Shown one piece after another: positions 1-8,636 of a DNA stretch of 64,000 nucleotides. The position numbers and the translations under genes were made by a program. The stretch spans positions 224,001 through 288,000 of the forward strand of contig CBDCJH010000002.1 in NCBI GenBank assembly GCA_965217775.1, given 5' to 3'. The notes under the pieces were generated by a model. The model was not told the origin of the DNA, did no database searches, and was given only the letters and a program-made list of their open reading frames with translations. Source of the DNA: Acidobacteriota bacterium (lineage in GTDB: Bacteria > Acidobacteriota > UBA6911 > RPQK01 > JAJDTT01). Each line of letters begins with the position of its first letter. Position 1 is the stretch's first letter.

Positions 1-948
1 CGGATTCTGGACGCGCACATTCACTTTTTCCGGGCCTCCGATTTTCCCGTCCCGCCCCCGCAAGGGACGCGGGACGATGCCGGGCTCGCCACTCTGAACG
101 ATTGGGCCCGGGTTCTCTATCCAGGCCGGCGGATGCAGTATCTGATTCTGGGCATGCCGGTCGTGGGCATCGACGTCGGCCGGCACGTGGAGTCGGTCAG
201 GCGGGAGATCGAAGGTGTGCCCGGCCTCCGCTACCATCGACTGGTCACGCCCTCCTGCCGAGTCCAGGACATCGAGCGGGACCTCCGGCACCCTCAGTTC
301 ACCGGCCTGAAACCGTACCGGACGTATTCGGTGACCGGGGACATCGCCCAATGCCGAATCCACGAGTTTTTGCCGCATGAACAGATGGAGCTGGCGGACC
401 ATTACGGTCTCTGGGTCACCATGCACCTTTCGCGCTTTCACGGCTGTGCCGACGAGTGGAATCTGGATGACCTGACGGAATACACCACCAAGCGGTACCC
501 CAGGATCAAGTGGTTGCTGGCCCATTGCGCCCGCAGCTTCACCTACTGGCCCATTCGTCAGGCGGTGGAGAGGTTGCGGGATCTGCCCAACATCCACTAC
601 GACACCTCGGCGGTGACCGATGTGCGTCCCTACATCACTCTTCTGACTAAGGAGGATCCGAAGCGGATCTTCTGGGGTTCTGACGGTGTCGGCGCCGCCT
701 TCTTTCACGGTCACTACGCGGCGCTGGGCCGGGCCTGGCAGCACTATGACGCCGACGGCGGCCTCAAGTTCCCCCACTGCGACGGGCGACCCATTCTGTC
801 GGTTTATGAGCAGCTCCTGTCCTTGCGGGATGCCGCCGAGATTGCTCAGCTGTCCCAAACGGACATCGAGGGCATCTTCTGGAGAAACGCGGCCACGGCA
901 TTGGGGGTTCCAGAGGACGAGGGTGCCGCCAACGGGTCCGGAACATAG
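1..948 (+). CDS. Amidohydrolase family protein (amidohydrolase_2-like), 5'-truncated by window edge
   Basis: Frame 1 is open from base 1 (RILDAHIHFF, HxH metal motif) into ORF 133..948, which has LAHCAR, YDTSAV and WGSD TIM-barrel amidohydrolase motifs. Confidence 0.8.
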   Translation, partial: RILDAHIHFFRASDFPVPPPQGTRDDAGLATLNDWARVLYPGRRMQYLILGMPVVGIDVGRHVESVRREIEGVPGLRYHRLVTPSCRVQDIERDLRHPQFTGLKPYRTYSVTGDIAQCRIHEFLPHEQMELADHYGLWVTMHLSRFHGCADEWNLDDLTEYTTKRYPRIKWLLAHCARSFTYWPIRQAVERLRDLPNIHYDTSAVTDVRPYITLLTKEDPKRIFWGSDGVGAAFFHGHYAALGRAWQHYDADGGLKFPHCDGRPILSVYEQLLSLRDAAEIAQLSQTDIEGIFWRNAATALGVPEDEGAANGSGT

Positions 949-991
949 GAAGTAATTCGTCGCATACAGGTCTAGGAGGCATGGAAGATCG

Positions 992-2059
992 ATGACGGAT
1001 CCACAGGGGATGGGGCGACGGGCCCGAGCCGAGGACTTGAGGGACTTTGCTGTACATCTCTTGGAACGGGCTGGCCTCAGTCCGTCCGCGACCCGGCGTG
1101 TGGTCGACAACCTGTTGGACGCCGATTTGAGGGGGGTCTACTCCCACGGGTTGTCGTTCCTCGACTTCCTGGTGGGTCGGGTCCAGAAGGGAGGAGTCAA
1201 CCCTCGCCCGCAAGTGAGGATCGTCTCCGACCGCGGAGCCGTTCTCCTTCTGGATGCGGATCGAGGCCCCGGACAACTGGCCGGCCACCAGGCCATGACC
1301 CTGGCCTGCGCCCGGGCCCGGGAGTCCGGGGTCGCGGCGGCGGGCGTGTTCCGGTCCAATCACTTCGGGACCGCCGGTTACTACGCGCGCATGGCCGCGG
1401 ATCAGGGTCTGATCGGACTCGCCGTCAGCAACACCGGCGCCTGCATGGCGCCCTGGGGCGGCTCCACGCCCACCTATGGGACCAATCCCCTGGCGATCGC
1501 CGTACCCACCGGCGGGGAGTTTCCCGTCATGATCGACATTGCCCTCAGCCGCGCCGCCTGGGGCAAGATCATGGTGACGCTGCTCCGGGGAGAGCCGATC
1601 CCGGGCGATTGGGTGCTGGACCGGAAAGGAGTGCCCACCACCGATCCCGAGGAGGTGGTCCGGGGGATGCCGGCCCCGATGGGGAATCACAAGGGATACG
1701 GGCTTGCCGTGATGGTGGACATTCTGAGCGGAGTGTTGACCGGGGCACTCTTCGGCCGGTACATCACGCCCCACCCTCCGGAGGAGGAGCCCCAGGACAC
1801 GGGCCACTTCTTCCTGGCCCTCTCGGTGGAGCATTTCATGGAGCCTGATCGTTTCCTGGCCCGGGTCAGGGACTACGTGGGCCAGTTGAAGTCGTCGGAG
1901 CTGGCTCCGGGATTCGATGAGGTACTCGTACCTGGTGAACCGGACTGGAGGATGGTCCGGAAGAGTCTCCGCGAAGGAGTCTGTCTGGAACCGGCGACCT
2001 GGAAGACGCTGGAGCGTCTCTCGGCGGAACTGGGAGTGCCCTGTCCGGAACGTTTCTAG
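992..2059 (+). CDS. Ldh_2 family oxidoreductase (malate/L-lactate/sulfolactate dehydrogenase-like)
   Basis: DLRGVYSHG, SNHFG, YGTNPLA, HKGYGLA and VPGE motifs typical of the Ldh_2/ComC/YiaK family. Confidence 0.9.
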   Translation: MTDPQGMGRRARAEDLRDFAVHLLERAGLSPSATRRVVDNLLDADLRGVYSHGLSFLDFLVGRVQKGGVNPRPQVRIVSDRGAVLLLDADRGPGQLAGHQAMTLACARARESGVAAAGVFRSNHFGTAGYYARMAADQGLIGLAVSNTGACMAPWGGSTPTYGTNPLAIAVPTGGEFPVMIDIALSRAAWGKIMVTLLRGEPIPGDWVLDRKGVPTTDPEEVVRGMPAPMGNHKGYGLAVMVDILSGVLTGALFGRYITPHPPEEEPQDTGHFFLALSVEHFMEPDRFLARVRDYVGQLKSSELAPGFDEVLVPGEPDWRMVRKSLREGVCLEPATWKTLERLSAELGVPCPERF

Positions 2060-2092
2060 CGCACCTTTCCCACCGGGGGGCGCGCCCGTCTC

Positions 2093-3793
2093 TCAGCTCC
2101 CGTCGACATCGATGACCGGAAAGAGGATGTGAGACGGTCTGGCCGCGTCGTGGAAGACCGTCTGTTTCGCCGGCAACAATGTCGCTTCGGTGAAGTCGTT
2201 TCCCCCGGTATTGTGGTTCCTGTCGAAATTGGGAAAGTCGCTGCTGGAGAGATGGACTTCCATGCGATGTCCCGCCCGGAACAGGTTGCTGGTGGGATTG
2301 ACCTTGATCCTGTACTCGTAGACTCTTCCCGGCTCGATCAGGGATGGATTTCGGATCGAATCGCGGTAGCGGGCGCGAACGATGCCGTGGCAGAGTTCCT
2401 GGGCGAATCCATCGGGTCGTCGATCGATCAACTTCACCACGAAATCCGTATCGACGGCGGACGAGGCGGCGAACAGGGTCACTGAGATCGGCCCGGTGAC
2501 CTCCAGAGGGCGCTCCAGGGGAGGCGTGGCGTAAACCAGCAGGTCCGGCCTCCAGTCCAGTGGACTCTGGTCCCAGGGCTCCAGTTGACCCTGGAGCGAG
2601 AATCTCGTCATTACCGGATCCCGAGGGTCGTAGACGAACTCGTCCGGGGCCTCTTCCCGAGGAGGCCGCTTCGAGAGAACCCCATCACCATGCGCCGTAT
2701 TGGCGGCGCCTCCACTGTGAAAGTAGTACCTGGCGTAGCGCGTTCTCGCCAGTGGCCATTCGGACTCGGACCGCCAGCGGTTGGCCCCCATCACGAACAA
2801 CTGGATCGGTGGCCAGTCCTCTACCCCGTTGCGCTTCCCTTTGAGCCAGTAGTCGAACCAGGCGCCCGCAACCTCGAAGTAATCTCGCGATGCCTGCGGG
2901 CCGAAGTCGACTTCCCCCACAGTACGGTTCCACTCGGTCGAAGTGTGGGTCCACGGTCCGATGATCAGCCTGGTTCCGGCCCGGGCCCGCTCGGTACCGC
3001 CACTCCGCCGCATCCCGGTGAAGTGCTCGATGGACCCAATCTGCTGGTCGTACCAGCCGGTCGTGATCAGGGCGGGCACTTCGATCCTCGGATGTTTGGA
3101 TTTCAGATTGAGATGGTCTCCGGGATGGTTCCGCAGCCAGTGGCGGAAATGTTCGCCCATCCCCGGCATCGAGTGCTCGGGGATTTCCATCAAGGGAAGG
3201 AACCAGAGCCATTTGGACCGGTCGTGGTTGGCCCACTCCAGTTGCGCCACCTCCTGGTCCTTGGGTCCCCACTCCAGACCCGCCCTGCGGCGGGTGTCGA
3301 TGGACAGGCTGTTGACGCACCAGGTCAGGACCCGGCCGACGCGAAGGACTCCTCCCAGCTCACGATCCAGCAGGTCGGCCGCCATCCCTTGCGGCAGGAG
3401 GCATTGGAGGTGAGGAGGCCGCATATGGGCCAGCTCCCACTGTGTCCAACCCACGTAGGAGTTGCCGAACGTTCCCACTCGCCCGTTGGATTCCGGCAGG
3501 CCGGCCGCCCACTCCACGGTGTCGAATCCGTCTTCCGCGTCGCAATGGTCCGAGGACAGGAGGCCGGGCCTGAACTCGCCGTCCGAGGCGTAGCGCCCGC
3601 GCACATCTTGGGACACGACGAGATATCCTCGTTCGCAGAGCCGGCGGCAGACCTCCGAATGGGCCTCCTTGTCATAAGGGGTTCTGCAAAGCAGGGTAGG
3701 GAAGGGGCCCTTCCCTTCGGGGAGATGGAGATCGGACCGGAGCAGGGTGCCGTCCCGCATCGCTGCGGAGACGTTCTTGCGAATCTCGAGCAT
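2093..3793 (-). CDS. CocE/NonD family serine hydrolase
   Basis: RTPY, QDVRGRYASDG, GNSYVG nucleophile elbow, GWYD, IGPWTH and a PepX_C-like C-terminus (SSSDFPNFDRN). Confidence 0.92.
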   Translation of the reverse strand: MLEIRKNVSAAMRDGTLLRSDLHLPEGKGPFPTLLCRTPYDKEAHSEVCRRLCERGYLVVSQDVRGRYASDGEFRPGLLSSDHCDAEDGFDTVEWAAGLPESNGRVGTFGNSYVGWTQWELAHMRPPHLQCLLPQGMAADLLDRELGGVLRVGRVLTWCVNSLSIDTRRRAGLEWGPKDQEVAQLEWANHDRSKWLWFLPLMEIPEHSMPGMGEHFRHWLRNHPGDHLNLKSKHPRIEVPALITTGWYDQQIGSIEHFTGMRRSGGTERARAGTRLIIGPWTHTSTEWNRTVGEVDFGPQASRDYFEVAGAWFDYWLKGKRNGVEDWPPIQLFVMGANRWRSESEWPLARTRYARYYFHSGGAANTAHGDGVLSKRPPREEAPDEFVYDPRDPVMTRFSLQGQLEPWDQSPLDWRPDLLVYATPPLERPLEVTGPISVTLFAASSAVDTDFVVKLIDRRPDGFAQELCHGIVRARYRDSIRNPSLIEPGRVYEYRIKVNPTSNLFRAGHRMEVHLSSSDFPNFDRNHNTGGNDFTEATLLPAKQTVFHDAARPSHILFPVIDVDGS

Positions 3794-3879
3794 CTTGGCG
3801 GGCTCCCGTCACCTGATCCGATTCCCCGGGGTCGCTTGACGCCGCAGCATCGAAACCCTTGAGTTGAAAGAGCGTCAAG

Positions 3880-3927
3880 TCATTTCCACTCGGACACAAA
3901 GTTGGTGTCGAGTAGCCATCCATTCAC
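3880..3927 (-). pseudogene. Truncated VapC/PIN toxin remnant (15 codons)
   Basis: A GTG at 3927 overlaps the antitoxin stop (GTGA) and reads MNGWLLDTNFVSEWK-stop. LLDTN..SE is the PIN-domain N-terminal motif. Confidence 0.75.
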
Positions 3928-4238
3928 AACTCGACCTCACGGATCGGACTCCGCACGCCCTCATCGTCGAGTTCCAGGCGGTTCAATGGGGATTGAGACA
4001 ATAGTTCGTGCAGGCTGTCCGACGCAGCTTGGGAACGGAGGCGTTCGAACTCGGCCGCCGCGACGATGACGACCGCATCCTTGCCGCGAACTGTCACACG
4101 TTGCGGCTGGCCGGAGGCGGCGAGGCGGACGACGCGGCTGAACTTGGCTTTGGCCTCTCCCAACTTCCAGCCGTGAAACCGGGTCGAACCAGCGTGCCTG
4201 GTCCGACGAGGGTACTCCGTGGGATTCCTTTTTCTCAT
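3924..4238 (-). CDS. Phd/YefM family type II antitoxin
   Basis: WKLGEAKAKFSRVVRLAASGQPQRVTVRGKDAVVIVAAAEFERL is a prevent-host-death signature. ATG at 4238 is preferred over the track start at 4280. Confidence 0.88.
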   Translation of the reverse strand: MRKRNPTEYPRRTRHAGSTRFHGWKLGEAKAKFSRVVRLAASGQPQRVTVRGKDAVVIVAAAEFERLRSQAASDSLHELLSQSPLNRLELDDEGVRSPIREVEL

Positions 4239-4252
4239 GACCAATTTGGTCA
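4238..4252. promoter_or_regulatory. Palindromic operator, probably for antitoxin autoregulation
   Basis: Perfect inverted repeat TGACCAA-T-TTGGTCA abutting the antitoxin start codon. Confidence 0.6.
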
Positions 4253-4354
4253 CAATACGCGGAAGGAAGGATCTCTTCAAATCAGAACTGTCGCCGTTGT
4301 CCCTGTTTTTCCTCCTCGATACACTGCCCCGTCAGAAAGGAATGACACGTAGCC

Positions 4355-5590
4355 ATGTGCAAAATCCGACCACCCGCCTCCGTAACGGGAGACTTCCCGT
4401 TTCCGGCAATCTGGTTTCTGGCGTCGATCGGCATGCTCTTCTCTCCGATTGGTGCAGCGCCCGCGAAATCGAAGGATCGCCTCACGGTGAAGGTGGGCGA
4501 GCCGGTCGTGGTCACGCGGCAGCCTTCAAGGATTTGGAAGGATAACCGGTGGCTCTGGTTTCCCCAGATCAGCCGTTTCTCCACCGGAGAGCTGATGGTC
4601 GGGTTCTGGATGTCCAATGACGAACGCTATCCCGAAGGAAGTGATTTCGGGGGCTACTGCATCTCCCGGGACGGCGGCCGTACCTGGGGGTGGCGGCGCC
4701 TCCGAGGCTCGCCTGCCTGGAACAGGCACGCGTTCGAGGACGGTTCCCTGATCGAGGTCAGTTGGCTGACGGTGCCGGTCGAGCCCGATCGGCCGAAAAG
4801 GGTGCGGGCCGTCCTGACCCGGTTCCGGGACGGCGGCCGGTGGATGAGCCAGGAAGACGCCACGGTCTCCTTTCCCCGCCCGGTGAGGGTCGAGCCGGGC
4901 ATCACCGGCATGCCGGATGATCCCCCCTCCAAGGATTTGAGGTTCGCCGCGATGGGACAACGGGCCAACTCCTCCATGTACTTCGCCCGCTCCATGATAG
5001 CGATGCCCGACCGGCGGCTGCTGGCCACCATGTACGGCGTCTGGGAGGGGGACGCGGCGCGCCGCAGCGTGGTGGTCCAATCCACTGATGCAGGGAAGAC
5101 CTGGACCTATCTCTCCACCCTCTGCGACCCTCCGACGGTGGAAGCGGTCACGGGATACGAGAACCAGGGCTGCGAAGAGGCCAGTCTCGTCCGGTTGGCC
5201 GACGGCCGGCTCTTTTCCATCTTTCGCACCAAGAGCCGAGGGATGCTGTTGCAGTCCTGGTCATCCGACGGAGGGAAGACCTGGACCCGCCCGGTCTCGG
5301 CAGGGGTCGGCAGCGTCCTGCCCAAGCTGCTCCTGCTGAGCAACGGAGTCCTGGCCTGCTCCTATGGACGCCCCGGAGTTCACCTCATGTTCAGCCTGGA
5401 CGGGACGGGGCGCGAGTGGACTCACCACACGGAGGTGCCGCTGGAGGGGCGGGCCTCCACCTGCTACACGGACATGCTGGAGGTGGAACCGGGAGAGATT
5501 TTCCTGGTCTTCGACACTTCCTATACGAATTCGTGGCGCCGGGGAGAGGTGGACGTCTGCTTGGCCGGAATATCCGTCACAAGAGAGTAG
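4355..5590 (+). CDS. Secreted Asp-box (BNR) sialidase-like beta-propeller protein
   Basis: Signal-like N-terminus and Asp boxes SRDGGRTW, STDAGKTW, SSDGGKTW, SLDGTGREW. The true start may be downstream. Confidence 0.82.
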   Translation: MCKIRPPASVTGDFPFPAIWFLASIGMLFSPIGAAPAKSKDRLTVKVGEPVVVTRQPSRIWKDNRWLWFPQISRFSTGELMVGFWMSNDERYPEGSDFGGYCISRDGGRTWGWRRLRGSPAWNRHAFEDGSLIEVSWLTVPVEPDRPKRVRAVLTRFRDGGRWMSQEDATVSFPRPVRVEPGITGMPDDPPSKDLRFAAMGQRANSSMYFARSMIAMPDRRLLATMYGVWEGDAARRSVVVQSTDAGKTWTYLSTLCDPPTVEAVTGYENQGCEEASLVRLADGRLFSIFRTKSRGMLLQSWSSDGGKTWTRPVSAGVGSVLPKLLLLSNGVLACSYGRPGVHLMFSLDGTGREWTHHTEVPLEGRASTCYTDMLEVEPGEIFLVFDTSYTNSWRRGEVDVCLAGISVTRE

Positions 5591-5617
5591 TGAAAGAACA
5601 GTCGTAGCGGCGGGCCG

Positions 5618-8170
5618 TCAAGGGGCCAGCCGGAAGCCGTAGACGTGGGCCCGCTCCAGAACCACCCGCAGCCGAACCACTCTTCCATACACTTCCTGCA
5701 GGCCGGCCTCCTTCCACCGGACCGCATGCGCCACGGAGTCGCCGGACAAGGGGACCGACCCTTCCAACTCCAGCCCGGGGAAAACGTTTCCATCGGCGTC
5801 CTGCACCTCCACCCGGACGCCCCCACCGTCCTCGATCCGAGCGTTGATGAGGAGCCGATTGCCCTCCTGAACCAGGGGATGAGTCGTGAACTCCCCGCTG
5901 CCATCGGTGGGCTCGACATGGCCCAGCCTCCCGGCCTTGCATCGGGCCAGACCGGGGATCCAGACTGATGCCTGCGACTCCCTGAAGAAGTCGTCCCAGT
6001 TCGTAAAGAAGGGAGCCAACCGAAAATGGGGATAAGTTTCTCGAAAGACCTCCAAACCCACGTCGCGAAGGCTCACGCGGAGTTTCTTGACCGTGTCCCT
6101 GGCCGCCGCCAGCATGTAGCGCGCCTGGTTTCCCAGGTAAGGAAACCACCACTCCTCCTCCCCTTGGGCATCCGGCATGGAGTAGTAGGCGGACATGTCG
6201 TTGGCGAAACCGGCATCGAAGGTTCCCATCGTTCCGTTCGGCAGGAGTGGCATACGGCTCTTTCCGAAGCGGCGCCAGTGAATCTTGTCGCGGCTCCAGA
6301 CCAGCTCCTGAAACTGGGTCTGAAGGGTCAGGTTGTAGTGGAGCACGGCGCCGAGATAGAGCTGTCCTCCGGTGTCCGATTCCACGTGTCCGGCGGGATG
6401 AATGAACCCGAAGCCGTAGAAGCTGGTGCCGGGGAGGTCGTGCTCGTCAGGCGCGACGATGTGGCGCCGGTTCCAGGTTCTCCCGTCCCGGCTCCAGAGC
6501 AGGCCCCGGGTGCGGCGGGCGCTCTTCTTGAAGTATTCGTACGAAACGCCGTGAGGAGGGTAGGGGGGATACTCGGGCCTGAAGTAGTAGAAGAAGGCCT
6601 TGGACCCGGGGTCGTAGTGGGTGAAGGTGGAACGCGCCGACTGGTACAGAGCGAGCGGCTCGCCCTCGAAGGGATAGGTGGATGCCCGTTCCGTCGTCAC
6701 CATCAGGGTCATGCCGGTTCCGGAGCGGAGGATCGGCTCCCGGGTCAGGGCCAGAAAGTGGTCGCCCCTCCGCTCCAACCCCCAGAACTCGCCCGGCCGG
6801 GGCCGGAAGTCGCCTGAGTACTGGGCCGGAGAGTCGTCTGTCTTCCGGGAGAAATAGCGCAATACGAAGCGGTCCATGTCCACGGGTCCGTCCTGTCTCG
6901 GCTCGTAAAAGCGAAAACGGTAACGACGAGGAGTGGGCCGGTCCTTGTTGGGATAGGGGTAGCTGTCGGACTGTCCGTCCTGGAGGAAGTCCTCCTGAGT
7001 CAGGTCCCGCAGGATGTTGTTGTCTCGGGAGCCCTTGTAGGCAACCCGTCCCAGGTTCGGTTTTCGCCAGTGGACTCCATCGTCCGAGACCACTTGGCAG
7101 AGGTAGCGGGGCCGTCCGATCGATCCGGCGAACCGCCGGTAGAGGGGGTCCTCGTCCACCGCACCCGCAAAGTAGGTCGCCTGATACTGGCCGGTTTCCG
7201 GGTCCCGGGCGAGGGACTGCAGGCGGACCACGTACGACCCTTCCTCCCAGGGACGGTCGAGTCTCAGCATGGGGCCGTCCGAGAGGCGGCTCAGACCGTC
7301 GGGCCGGCGTCGCAGGCCTTGGGAGTCGGCCAGGATCCAGTCGTCCAGCAGGTACTGGTATTGGTGACCGGGCCTAAGAGGCAGTCGGGGAGACCGCGCC
7401 TCCTGGGAGTCCTCGATCCAGAAATGGCGGACCAGGTAAGGGCCCACCGCCTGCCCGTTCTTCAGGAGCCGGACCCGAAGCCAATACTCGCCCCGGGCCC
7501 AACCGGTGCCGTCGAAGCTGCGCCGCTGCGTGGTCTGGTCCAAGTCCAGCCGGACCGGGCCCGCCATCCGGGTCCGGTCGGGACCGAGTACGTCTACCTC
7601 CACGCGGCATGATTTCACCCGGTCCGGGAGAGTGCGGATGGTGTAGCCGATCTCGGGATGATCGATGTAGGCGGGGCGTTCGGGACTGCACTCGATGAAC
7701 TGCCGGCTGGAATCCGCCAGAGAGACCGGCCTTCCCGCGTTCAGGGGAAAGAAGTTGTGCGGGTCCAGCTGCAAGGTGCGGACGCCGGCCGGCTGTCCCT
7801 GGCTGAGGAGCTCCAACCGAAAGCGGTAGTGCCCCATCTCCCACCGCCAGTCGGGAAGAGGCCCGTAACGGCCCTCGTCCAGCAGGGGGAAGTCGACCTC
7901 GAGGGCTCCCATGTCCTTTTCCCGCGTCGCAATTGCGGTCATCTCATGGCTGAACCCGTGGGGCTGGACGACGGTGAGGCGGGCCTCCAGCGACGGTCCC
8001 GCCACTTGTGCAGGCCAGTCGAAGAGCAACTTTTGGCGGAAGTAGTCCTCGTGGCGGACCAGGATCCAGTGTTCCTCGGACCCTCCGGAGACCCCCGCCA
8101 ACAGGACCGCTGTCAGAGTCAAGCCCACAAGTGCCGAGAACCTCGATTTTTTGACCTGAATCCTCATCAT
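5618..8170 (-). CDS. Large secreted hypothetical protein, glycoside-hydrolase-like beta-propeller with C-terminal beta-sandwich
   Basis: Signal peptide; SDDGVHW, SRDGRTW and SRDKIHW repeats; clear paralogue of 50440..52962; ATGA overlap with the upstream gene stop at 8167-8170. Confidence 0.7.
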   Translation of the reverse strand: MMRIQVKKSRFSALVGLTLTAVLLAGVSGGSEEHWILVRHEDYFRQKLLFDWPAQVAGPSLEARLTVVQPHGFSHEMTAIATREKDMGALEVDFPLLDEGRYGPLPDWRWEMGHYRFRLELLSQGQPAGVRTLQLDPHNFFPLNAGRPVSLADSSRQFIECSPERPAYIDHPEIGYTIRTLPDRVKSCRVEVDVLGPDRTRMAGPVRLDLDQTTQRRSFDGTGWARGEYWLRVRLLKNGQAVGPYLVRHFWIEDSQEARSPRLPLRPGHQYQYLLDDWILADSQGLRRRPDGLSRLSDGPMLRLDRPWEEGSYVVRLQSLARDPETGQYQATYFAGAVDEDPLYRRFAGSIGRPRYLCQVVSDDGVHWRKPNLGRVAYKGSRDNNILRDLTQEDFLQDGQSDSYPYPNKDRPTPRRYRFRFYEPRQDGPVDMDRFVLRYFSRKTDDSPAQYSGDFRPRPGEFWGLERRGDHFLALTREPILRSGTGMTLMVTTERASTYPFEGEPLALYQSARSTFTHYDPGSKAFFYYFRPEYPPYPPHGVSYEYFKKSARRTRGLLWSRDGRTWNRRHIVAPDEHDLPGTSFYGFGFIHPAGHVESDTGGQLYLGAVLHYNLTLQTQFQELVWSRDKIHWRRFGKSRMPLLPNGTMGTFDAGFANDMSAYYSMPDAQGEEEWWFPYLGNQARYMLAAARDTVKKLRVSLRDVGLEVFRETYPHFRLAPFFTNWDDFFRESQASVWIPGLARCKAGRLGHVEPTDGSGEFTTHPLVQEGNRLLINARIEDGGGVRVEVQDADGNVFPGLELEGSVPLSGDSVAHAVRWKEAGLQEVYGRVVRLRVVLERAHVYGFRLAP

Positions 8171-8508
8171 GCCTTTTTCTCGGGCTTGGGCGTCTGGCAG
8201 CTCCAGCACGCCCCGAACTGTGCCTCGATGGCTTCTCCACAGCGGGGACAGTTCCAGTTTCCGTCCGCTTCCGGCGGGGACTCCCGGGAGGCGGACAACA
8301 CCTCCCGCGACTCGTCCGCATCGACCGGCCTCACGGCCACTTTGACCGCTCCGGCGCCGAATGCGGAGACGTAACTGGGGATCAGTCTTCCCATCTGCTC
8401 GTCCAGCAGGAAGGAGCCGATCCCGGCGCTCTCCAGCAGGTTCTTGGCCAGCGTCGCATCGAAGACGCTGCCGACAAAGACGATCACCAAGTCATCCTGT
8501 TCCGCCAT
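8167..8508 (-). CDS. DUF2007-like (putative signal-transducing) protein with C-terminal zinc ribbon
   Basis: AKNLLESAGIGSFLLDE...VKVAVRPVDADES followed by WNCPRCGE..FGACWSC. Confidence 0.8.
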   Translation of the reverse strand: MAEQDDLVIVFVGSVFDATLAKNLLESAGIGSFLLDEQMGRLIPSYVSAFGAGAVKVAVRPVDADESREVLSASRESPPEADGNWNCPRCGEAIEAQFGACWSCQTPKPEKKA

Positions 8509-8636
8509 GGTGTCCCTTCAGCCCAGTCTACTACGAAGCGTCCACGACCAAGCTCGCCGGCAGGACTCCTCCCCCGCTCCAAAACCTCCATCTTGTCGGG
8601 AGGGGACGGCTACAATAGAGGCCGGACGGAGGATTC

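Noticed and set aside
3672-3923. 83-aa ORF downstream of the antitoxin as the cognate toxin
   Set aside because: It has no toxin motif and overlaps cocE; the PIN motif is in a different frame (3880..3927) and stops after 15 codons.
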